NCBI RefSeq assembly: GCF_006345805.1
Contig: NC_043021.1
Coordinates: forward strand, 20,336,001-20,400,000
Length of the DNA stretch: 64,000 nucleotides
Source of the DNA: Octopus sinensis
Lineage: Eukaryota
Reading direction: 5' to 3'
Part shown: in pieces, positions 26,601-38,600 of the stretch
Position numbering within the stretch: position 1 is the first letter of the stretch
Layout of the letters: the number at the start of each line of letters is the position of its first letter
The notes under the pieces: model-generated
The model's input: the letters and a program-made list of their open reading frames with translations, nothing else
Database searches by the model: none
Told to the model about the DNA's origin: nothing
Program-made: the position numbers and the translations under genes

Positions 26601-29600
26601 CACACACACTTTGTTGTTTGTTTGGCCTTTTCAAAGAGTGCCATTTAGATATATTTTACACATCTAGCACAAAAAAACAAACTTGAAAATGTTGATGGTA
26701 CACACACACACACACACACACATCATCATCATTTAACATGCACTTTTCCATGCTTGCATGGGTCAGACGGAATTTTTTGTCCCAGCAGATTTTTTCCACA
26801 GCTGGATGTCCTTCCTGTTGCCAACCCTCACCCATATCCAGGTTGGCGTAATTTGAACTCAGAACGTAACAGCAGACAAAATACTGCTAAGCATTTCGCC
26901 CAGTGTGCTAACGTTTCTGCCAGCTCGCCACCTTTTTAAGGGATATCTGGCAGCTATTCATGGCAGATTACTCAACTCCATAGAAGCCCTCTCTTTCAAA
27001 ATTCTAGCTGGAGTTTTTATTAGTTTTCTTCCTTACTACAACTAGATAAAATTCATGTAGGGCATGGCCCATTTCGTGAGCTTCTGTACTTTCCATCTAC
27101 TCAGTTTCATTCACAAGGCTTGGATTAATATCAGGGTAGGGTAGAAGACATTTGGTCAAAGAACTGTGCAGTGGGATTGAGCTTAGAATCACATAATTGC
27201 AGAGCAAAACTGTACAGTTTAAGCTTGCAGCCATGGCCAATGAAAGACTCTGTGGTCACTCAATTTACTAGAAATAGCAGCTAAATTCTTCCAAATGACA
27301 TCTTGAATAAAGATAGGTAGCATGCCATTCAGTAAGTCCCACAAGCCATAGTTTGTTCAAGATACTTAAACTGAGAAACCCCTAAAAGGCAGGATGGTCG
27401 CAGCTGGAATACCGTTGCAGTTTGATTGAACAAGGGTTACACAACAACAAGTAGGATGTGTAGGGGACACATGCACAAACTTAGCAATGGATTTAGAAGT
27501 TAGTTAAGAGGTAGGCTTTTAAGTCCATATGAAATATTGTAATTATACACATAAAAAAACAGAAAAAAAAACCAATATATTTTAAAAAATAACTTACGTT
27601 CAACATGTGCAAAAGCACAAAATGACCCACGAGGGCAGAAACTATTTTGTACCATATCATTACATTTTGTTGATTTATAAATCTGCAACAGAAAATCAGA
27701 AAATTCTATGTAAGTATAAGAGACAGAGCAAAGATTCAGCTTCAAATACATTTTAAAACCGTGTCTTGATAGTTTTTCTTTCTTGTTTGTAAAGTCAATC
27801 ACATATGTGTGTGTGTGTGTGTGAGTGTTCTTTTACTTGTTTCCATTACTGTGTTGTTTCCTCTACGGTGGGGCTACAGCCTGAAAGAGTTTACTCGATC
27901 CCTTACTTTTAAGGGGTGGAGGCGCAATGGCCCAGTGGTTAGGGCAGTGGACTCGCGGTCATAGGATCGCGGTTTCGATTCCCAGACCGGGTGTTGTGAG
28001 TGTTTATTGAGCGAAAACACCTCAAGCTCCACGAGGCTCCGGCAGGGGATGGTGGTGATCCCTGCTGTACTCTTTCACCACAACTTTCTCTCACTCTTAC
28101 TTCCTGTTTCTGTTGTACCTGTATTTCAAAGGGCCGGCCTTGTCACTCTCTGTGTCACGCTGAATATCCCCGAGAACTACGTTAAGGGTACACGTGTCTG
28201 TGGAGTGCTCAGCCACTTACACGTTAATTTCACGAGCAGGCTGTTCCGTTGATTCGGATCAACCGGAACCCTCGTCATCGTAACCGATGGAGTTCTTCCA
28301 TCCACTTTTAAGGGATTTTTACCTTTTAACCAACAGATTTTAAAAAATAATTTTTTGTAACTAAATTGCATAGTGCCAAGGACTCCAAATTTGCCATCAA
28401 GATGTAGGACAAGATACTGTGATAGCCTGGGCTTCAGAGGTCCACAGCTCTTCAATATCCTCCTGAAGGACCTCAGAGAACTGCATGGGGTGGCTGCAGA
28501 TGTTTTCAAAATAAAGCTGGACCTCTTCCTGTCAGGTGTCCCAGATGAACCAACTTCACGGCAAGAGGTGCAGATGAGGGCAGCTGCATCAAACTCTCTC
28601 ATGCACCAAATGGCAATTGCTAAAAAGCATTCGTGAAGTAAAATCATGTAGCAACACCAAATGGCATGGCCACAGCTCGTGAGCTGAAACTAGATGAAAT
28701 GAAAAAAAATACTTTCAAGCTTCGGACACTGGTAGAATGTGTCATATAAAACATGTTTTACTCTTAGCATTTTTGAGAAAAACTTATATTTACGAAGTTA
28801 TTTCACGTTAAAGTTCTCGTATTTCGGTAATTTCAACCAATCAATGACGTGTATTCAGCTGAATAAAATTACTGCCGTTGTTTGTCAACAACAACTATCG
28901 GTGGTGTATTTTTTGTTTGTCACTGTTATTTATAACATCGTTCATGCGTTTGTACTGGTTTTAAGGTGTTAGGGTTTTAGGGTTAGAGTGTTAGGATTGT
29001 CATAAATAACAGTGATAAACAAAATATACACCGCCGGAAGTTCTTGTTGACAAACAACGGCAGTAATTTTATTCAGCTGAATACACGTCATTGATTGGTT
29101 GAAATTACTGAAATAGGACAACTTTAACGTGAAATAACTTCATAAATATAAGTTTTTCTCAAAAATGCTAAGAGTAAAAGATGTTTACAAATGGCAGGAG
29201 ACTTTGGGGTAGACCAAGAGCAAGATGGTTGGATAACATCCATAGTCTCAGTTGGTCATACTTGGGAATCCGACCAGAAAGTGGCTGCTTCTGATAGGAC
29301 CATAGGGTGGAGGAGCCTAAGGACTCTACTCTATGACTGGCAGGAGAGACCTAGGGGCAGACCAAGAGCAAGATGGTTGGATAGCATCCAGTCTCAGCTG
29401 GTCACACTTGGGAAGGTCTAATGACAGTTGCTTCTGACAGGATCCTTGAAAGAAGGTACATGAGGACTCTACCCTTAAGACTTACCCAAGAAAAGAGGGT
29501 GGAGAAGATGAAAGGATGGATGAAAATGCTAATTTCCTATAGTATGGAGGTTACATTACTGTAATGGTTAAGTACTTATTTGCATTTCATTCAAAATATG

Positions 29601-32600
29601 TTCAGAAAACGGTTAGAAAACCAGTAAGTCCATACCTCTGGATGAAACTGTTGTTCAGTTCTAGTGTGACAATAAGAACAATTATCTCCATTTTCACATT
29701 GAGCAGGATCTCCCCAATCATCACCATGTTTAACATTAGGACATGGCGTTGACCTGCAATATATAGGAAAGTTATTAATTTATAATGGATATTACAAAAC
29801 ATTGAAATAGAGAAACAACGAATGAAAGAACAAAACAAATTATAAGAGTTTGAAAATAGTTAAAATACAACCAAAAAAAGCCCCCCCCCCTCCGGGTCAT
29901 AGTGCTAGTATAGTGTTAAAAGCATTGAAAAGTATTAGCAGCAGGCGATGGTCGCTCAGTATTCAAATTTGAAAGACTACAGGAGAATATGTTGACCGGA
30001 CATTTGTTGAATATAGAACATTAAGATTACGCGAATCAAGAAAGCAGTTAGGAATTTTACACATCGCCCCATCCCTAACTGTAATAAGTTAGCCAGGCCA
30101 CAAGGCAAAATGCCTATGATGTTTGTAGATTCTCCTCCCAGAGTAGTGAAAGAGATGAAGTTGATGCCAAGTTTAAACATCTGCTGCAAAAATCAATGGG
30201 TAAGGAGTCTGGTTGAAATGATTAGAACAGAACCTATTTTTCAATGAACGTCAGTGCAACCCGTGTGTGTGTGTGTGTTGGAATGATTGTTTTTCCAGTT
30301 CAGATAAACTTCCTTACAACTATAAACAGAGTGAAAGCCAATGAGGGACTTTCTGCAAGGTCTCTCAAGATGCTAGAAATAGCAGCTGTACATGAGACCA
30401 CCATCTTGTTACAGCCGAAACATGATACGCAGATGTAAAGGCTCACTTATTGGGACAGTGATTGTATCATATACCCACTTATGATGACATCTAATCATAC
30501 ATTCACACTACTGTGGCCTCTAACAACATAATGACCCACAAATTTACTCTAAACTTTACACATCAATCTCCAATAACCTACTTACTATTATTTCTAAGTA
30601 GACATTGTATCACATAACATTTAATATTACAAAAAGCCAATGTAAAAGCTTCAGGCTTTTGATCTGCTATAAATAACAACTGAAACCTCATCCTAGCATG
30701 TTAGGAAAGGACACGCTAGATAATGTAGTCACACATGCCTTTAAAATGATGGATTGGTCATGGCTGGAACACCATAGATCATAAGTCTAATTGATCAAGT
30801 CTGATCTAGAACTGTACAGTTGAATGCTGTAGTTCACTGATATTGCCACCTATCCATTGCACTCTTGAGCAAAGAGTGTATAACACAGCTTGCTCCAGTT
30901 TCTATATCTTGCCTTAAAACAGGTTCTATTGTTACTTAATGGTTGAGTGGTTAACTATAAAAATTGCATCAAGTACCCAAATGTTTCGTAAAAAAAAAAA
31001 AAGCAACATTATCACACCTACATGAACAATACATATGTAAATAGAGCACTGGTTTTCCCTCTGACTAATACACCAAAAATATAAAAGGAAAAAGCCCAAA
31101 ATCTTGAAGAAAACTAAGCAAGAGATATCATCGTTGTTTAACGTTCACTTTTCCATGCCTGCATGGGTTGGACAGAGTTTTGAGGCAGATTTTCAACAGT
31201 TGGATGCTCTTCCTGTCACTAGCCTCTATCTGTTTCTAAGCAAGGTAATATTTTCCCATGGACAGACATGTTCTTGCAGAATATGGGAAATGATGACACT
31301 GCTTGTATGACAGTGACACTCATTTACAACTATTACACGATATCAAGACAAGGAGACATGAACACACACAAGCACATACATATGTAATAATAATAATAAT
31401 AATGAAATTATTGTATACAGTGCTCAGGTGCACCACAACTTGTCAGAAAGTGCGTATAAAGTGTATGCAGTAATGTGCAAATGTCTGGAAAGCGAACAAT
31501 GTATGAGTCAGATACATGCATGTGTGTGTATGGAGGGGAGGAAATCAGGTGTAGCGTTGGTGAATCTCAGAAAGCATGGAAGTTTTGAAGGATGCAGTGC
31601 TCCGACAACTAACAACCGATGCCGGCAGTTTGTTCCATGCTTCAGCAACTCTCAGCGTGAAAAAATGTTTCCGAAAGTCATGGGAGCTGTGCTGTTTTCT
31701 TACTTTGTAAATATGTCCACGGGTGTTAGACAGGTGGAGTTTGAAAAGGTGCTCAGAGTTATTGTTTGTAAGATGGTTGATAATTTTATGGGTGTCTGCC
31801 AAGTCAGCTGCCGGACGTCGGTGTTTCAATGTGTCCATGCCCAGGGAAGTAAGGCGTTCAGAATATGGCAAATGCCTAATGTGATGGGCTTCTTTCAGTT
31901 TCTGTCTACTAAATCCACTCACAAGGCTTTTTAGTCTACCCAAGGCTACAGCGGAAAACATTTGCCCAAGGTGCCATCAGTGGGACTGAAACCAGAACCA
32001 TATAGTTGGGAAGCAAACTTCTTAATACACTGCCATACCAACACCTGGTAACATTTTAATGTCAACAAGAAACAGCAGATCCAGTAAAAGTTTTGAACAA
32101 AATACCAAGTGACATTTAGTTATGCCCTTTTAACCCTTTCGTTACTGTATTTATTTTGAGCTGCTCTGTGTTTCTTTCAATTAATTTAAATATAACAAAG
32201 AATTTAGTAAAATAACTTATTTATTATTCAGCTAATGTTAGGAACATAAATTGTGACTAAGGTTTGGTGGAAGATTTTAATTCAAAACTTATGTAAACAA
32301 GACAGAGCCAGATCCGGTTTCAGCCAGGCTAGTAACGAAAGGGTTAAATTTCTTTCTAAATTAGAAACCTGTCAAGGTCAACTTTACTTTTCATTATTCA
32401 TTTACATTATTTATTCATCCATCCATATTTTCCACCCACTATTCCAGGGAAGGATGTGGGGTTAGATTCCTCAGGCATTTCCTCCATCGGGTCCTATTAG
32501 ATGCAACTTTCTGACTGGATTCCCAAGTGTGACAAACTGAGATTATGAAAAGCTATTCATTCATCATCATCATCATTTAATAGTCATTGTGCTGGTGCCA

Positions 32601-35600
32601 TGTTAAAAGCACCCAGTACACTGTATGAAATGGTTGGTTTTAGAAAAGGTATTCAGCTATAGAAAACTATGTCAACAGAAAACAGAGCCTGGTGCGGGCC
32701 CCTAGTCTTACCAGCTCCAGTCAAACCATCCAACCCACGCCAGCATGGAAAACGGACATTAAATGATACTCTTTACTCTTTTATTTGTTTCAGTCATTTG
32801 ACTGCGGCCATGCTGGAGCACCACCTTTAGTCGAACAAATTGACCCCGGGACTTATTCTTTGTAAGCCTAGTACTTATTCTATCGGTCTCTTTTGCCAAA
32901 CCGCTAAGTAACAGGGACATAAACACACCAGCATCGGTTGTCAGGCGATATTAGGGGACATAGAAACACACATACACAAATATATATATATATACATATA
33001 TACGACGGGCTTCTTTCAGTTTCCATCTACCAAATCTACTCACAAGGCTTTGGTCGGCCCGAGGCTACAGTAGAAGACACTTGCCCAAGGTGTCACGCAG
33101 TGGGACTGAACCCGGAACCATGTGGTTGGTAAGCAAGCTACTTACCACACAGCCACTCCTGCGCCTATGATGGTGATGCTGGTATGCGTTGGATGGTTTG
33201 ACAGTATCTGATGAGCCCAAGACTGCATCGTACTCCAGTGTTTCTTTGGATGGTTTCTATGGTCAGGTGCCCTTCCTGATGCCAACCCCTTTACAGCCTG
33301 TACTGGGTGCTTTCTTTTTTTTGTACTACCAGCACTAATGAGGTTACCATGCAGCTTACAAGACTATGAACTTGATTGGAAGGGAGGAGCTTGATGCTGG
33401 GAGAAGGAGCTGGAAGGGATAAAGTATGAGAGAAAGGGATGGAGCAGAACATTTTTTGGCAGTAGAAGAGTGACATGACTGCTGTAAAGGAGAAATTGAC
33501 TGTTTCCTCTCCTCTCCAACCACCCCAGTCTATGCACAAGAAGGTGAGCTGGCAGAAACGTTAGCACGCCAGGCAAAATACTTAGGGGTATTACGCCTGC
33601 TGATATGTTCTGAGTTCAAATTACGCCGAGGTCGACTTTGCCTTTCATCCTTTCAGGGTCGATAAATTAAGTACCAGTTACGCACTGGGGTCGATGTAAT
33701 TGACTTAATCCCTTTGTCTGTCCTTGTTTGTTCCCTCTATGTTTAGCCCCCTGTGAGAAATAAAGAAATAAAGAAATAAAAATGTGTAGAAGTTGAAAAA
33801 AACTTACCTGTATCGGAACTTTTTAGGACTTCTTCTTCTATCCCTAGAATTATGGAACTGAGGACAAGCGTAGCCCTGTCGACAAAGTCGTGGTGGCCGC
33901 TTACATTGTTCAGTTTTATAATTTGCTAAAACATATCCTGTGTCTGAAATGTAGAAAGAAAAAGGAAAAAAAAAAACAGCATTTAGTTTTTAGTCTTGCT
34001 AATTGTCAGCAGCAAATTACATGTTGAGGTGGCCGTGCATTGGGTAGGTACTGTATTTTGTGGCATGCAAGTTGAATTTTTCAGACCAAAATTTACAGTC
34101 AAAAAGCATAGGTCAATTTATACTATTATAACCACAGGTTGAGCAATACCTTCTGAGGAATTTTGTAGATGGAGACTGAGTAGTCCACTGTGTGTGTGTG
34201 TGTATTAATGTTTGTTTTTATGTTTAGTTATAATAAAAACAAGTTTTCGTTAATTTGATGGGTTACTTTGTATTTTTGTAGAGTACAAATTTATTATTCT
34301 TATACAAGAATGATGTTGTCAATAACTTTGAAGTCACTATCAACATTCTTGTATAAGAATAATAAGCACACGCGTGCGTGCACACACACACACTGTACCA
34401 GACCAACGGTCTTGCAAGCTTAGGACCAGAAATATCTTCGATTTCTGGATTTTCTGCAGACAGCCTATCATCATCATCATCGTTTAACATCCGCCTTTTA
34501 TGCTAGCATGAGTTGGACGGTTCAGCTGGGGTCTGGGAAGCGAGAAGGCTGCACCAGGCCCAGTCTGATCTGGCAGTGTTTCTACAGCTGGATGCCCTTC
34601 CTAACGCCAACCACTCCGTGAGTGTAGTGGGTGCTTTTTACGTGCCACCGACACAGGTGCCAGACGAGGCTGGGGCAAACGGTCACAATCGGATGGTGGA
34701 GGCCAGACGAGGCTGGCAAACGGCCACAATTGGATGGTGCTTTTTACATGCCAGTCAGGGCGATGCTGGCAACAGCCACGTTCGGATGGTTCTCTTACAT
34801 ACCACCGGCACTGCTATCGCAGCTACAATTTCCATTGATGTTGATCGATTTCGATTTTGATTTATAGTTAAAATTTATAGCTAAAATACAAAATAAACTA
34901 AACTATGTAAGTAAAGAGCTAAATAGTATTTCTCAGATTCAAATTAATACATTTTTAAAAACAGGCTCTGTTTGACTTACATCATACTGTACCATGTATA
35001 CACTATAATATTTATAGGATGAGAATTAAATGAAAAAAAGTAAAGAACTTGATTTTATGTAACAGATATATAATTAATACACTTCTAAAGCAGTTAATGT
35101 TTAATCTTTAAATATCCACTTAAAGAGCTTGGTGTAGAAGCCTTCGCAAACTTTTCCATCTCGCTCTTATCTACAACAAAGAGAGAAGAGCAGAGACTGG
35201 TAACGGCTCAAAGAGCCATGGAAAGGTCAATGCTTGGTATCTTGTTAAGAGAGCACATCAGTAGCAAGATCATCAGAAAGAAGTCTGGCGTGAGGGATGT
35301 CATCGCAGAGTATACACACAGCAAGTTTAGATGGACTGGACACGTCGCCCGGTTCACCGATAATCGGTGGACCCGTGCAGTTGTTGAGTGGTACCCACGT
35401 GAGCGGAAACAACCACCTGGAAGGCCTCCACAACAGTGGAGTTATGATTTCAGGAGGACGATTGGGATCACATGGATGAGAAAGGCGCGATCCAGAGAGG
35501 AGTGAACAGTGTGCTGTGACCAGCGGTGTCAAATGGACGCCCGACGGACTGGTCGGTCAAGGTGATCAAGGTGATATCCACTTAAAAAAAGTGAAGAACG

Positions 35601-38600
35601 AAACATTTACTGAGCACATTGGTTCTCAGCTGGGGTCCATGCAACAAAAGAGTAGATTGGGGATCCACAAAAGTATTTTAAGAGATCCTGGAAAAATTTT
35701 GTTTTAGAGGTAAGTATTGGACAGTGATGTTTTTTTCTCTGACATTTTACATAATTCAACCTACACAAATTGTGTGGAAAACAAAATAGGAATTTTGAAA
35801 GAAGTTACTATAAAACAAGTTTTAACCCTTTCGTTACTATATTTCTGACCAAATTACACCCCTTATGTGTTTCAATTAATTTCTAACGTAATCATAAATT
35901 TAGTCTGGTTTCATTAAACAACTATAACTTTTTTATTTATCGATATATTAATCTGATTTTTGGAAGATAATTTAATGAAATATTCTCAACCAATTCTATA
36001 CTATAATTTTTGTCACAAAGTGACTCTATTTGCAGGTAGATACAGGTAAATTCCACAAAATATAAAATTATTAAAATTTTGTTCAAACATCGCTATAGAA
36101 AATATTAGCTAATATTCAATTGGGTATACAACAAAATTTTACGATAGAATTTGTTATTCTGGGTAACTTTCTGATACCCATAATAATATTTATGGCAAAA
36201 TAGGCCTTAATTTCATTTAAGGTTGTGGGAAATAACAAACTATCCTTTCTTTCGTTTTGTTTACGTTTAGCGAAACGGTTCGTTTTCGCTGTAATGAGTT
36301 CAAATAGGCTCATTCGAAAAAGTAAATAGAAATAGCCTAAGGCTTTACCCTTCTGGGAAAGTCTGTGGCTTGGTCCAGTTTCTGCAGAAAAATCACAGAA
36401 AGAAACAGTTTTTAAATTTTCACTCCATTCAGGTGCTAATTCATTTTCTTTATCGCTATCGGAGATCTCAGATTCACTGTTTTCACTTTCGGAAAATGAA
36501 ACATCAGATTCATTATCAAATACCATGTGCTTTTTTTTTTCAGTCATAGAGTTAGATTTATGAAGGTCTTCAGTAGAAAATCCTTCGAATTCTGACTCGC
36601 TGCTTGATATAATGAAATTCGTATCCATTTTTTGTCAGAATTACAAATTTTGAAAACACAATAGGAACAAATTTCGGAAAAAAATCTCCCAAAATTCACG
36701 GAATTAAAATTACACTTCGATTATTGTACAAAACTGTAGTTGAACTGTTTACGAAGTATAATACGTGTTTTCACGAATGTACTGAAGAGATTTGCTCTGA
36801 TATTCTCATTTAAATATGAATAGGTAAATTCGGGCGGCTTGGTTTCATAAACCAAAATTTTTTTCGGGCGGCTTTGGGCGGTTTGGTAACGAAAGGGTTA
36901 AAACATCAAATTGCTTTGAGGGTCCACCCGAATAAAATAGTAATCAAAGGGGTTCATAGATAAAAAAAAAAATGGTTGAGAACACCAGTTTTAGTACATA
37001 TGTTAACCAATTTCAAAAAACAGGCTCCATTTACTCAAAATATTGTACAATATATTACATGATACTGTGCAGTATTCCCAGAATTTCTGAAAGCCAGATA
37101 AAAGATCCAGTACTGAGTACATACATGTATGCATGTGTATGCGTGTGCCATAAAGCAAATAAGCATAAACCAGGAAATCTTTAAAATGTGTTTTTGGATG
37201 AGAATCCCTTCCTAGTGTGATGTTTGTCAACCAGGGAGAACATTGTGATCTTTGTCATTTATACGCCATGGAAACCTGGTAACCAGCCCTACGAGTCCTA
37301 GGGAGTGAGACAGTAATATCCAGGGATTGATGATGAAGATGATGATGATGCTATTTGTTGTGCCTGAGTGAGTAGCATGGAAAATCTACACTCTTTTACT
37401 CTTTTGCCTGTTTCAGTCATTTGACTGCGGCCATGCTGGAGCACCGCCTTTAGTCATGCAAATCGACCCCGGGACTTATTCTTTGTAAGCCTAGTACTTA
37501 TTCTATCAGTGTCTTTTGCCGAACCGCTAAGTTACGGGGACGTAAACACACCAGCATCGGTTGTCAAGCGATGTTGGGGGGAACAAACACAAACACACAC
37601 ACACACATATATATACATATACATATTATGACGGGCTTCTTTCAGTTTCCGTCTACCAAATCCACTCACAGGGCTTTGGTCGGCCCGAGGCTATAGTAGA
37701 AGGCACTTGCCAAAGGTACCACGCAGTGGGACTGAACCCGGAACCATGTGGTTGGTAAGCAAGCTTCTTACTACAGAGCCACTCCTGCGCCTATAGTCAA
37801 TCTTCGTCATCACAAATGTAGCAAACCAGTGACTGGCCTGTTGGAAATTATTGTAATCAATGACACTTTCTTCAACAAATATGATATAAATGAAAGGAGT
37901 TTAATTAATTCTGTTGGCTCATACATTTTCTTTTGATACGTCTTATGAAGAAAGGCTGAGGACGCTCGACCTTTATTCTCTAGAAAAACGCCGCCGCCGT
38001 GGTGATCTCATTCTCGCTCACAACATCATAAGCGGAAAGTGTAACCTCTCAAAAGAGCTGTTCTTCACTCCTGCTCCAGAGCGTCGGCTGCGGGGTCATT
38101 CCGAAAAGCTCTACCTGCAACGATTTCATCTCAATCGAAGGAGAGGAGCTTTCTCCATCCGGGTTGCGGATCCGTGGAACAAGCTGCCAGACGAGATGGT
38201 GAAGATGCCGACGACCGCTTTGTTCAAAGTCTCCCTTGACCTCAAATGGCCTGAACTCTTTACATGAACACCACCCTGTACTTAACTCCATGTCCCCCTA
38301 CATGGCCTTGCTATTTGCTTTTGAGCCAAATTAACTAACTAACTAACTATAGCTCTCCCACTTGCTCACCAACCAACGTAGAACTCAAAGGTTACAGGCT
38401 AAATTGATGTCAGTATGGGAAAAAAAAATCAATACGAAACCAAAGATAAAAACTCAAGGGAGCTTCTATATGGTCACTCAACTTGCTAGAAATAGCAGTG
38501 TAATCTACGTCAAAAATCACACGTTGGATAATATGGTACAAGGGAAAAAGATGGGATGATCATAGCTGGAATGCCTTTGAGCAACAGGTCTGCTTAATCA

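Noticed and set aside
35125-35165. Possible inverted 5' piece of the RTE insertion (twin-priming-like)
   Set aside because: The reverse-strand peptide ([12 protein letters not shown]) only loosely recalls an endonuclease motif; too short to support without an alignment.
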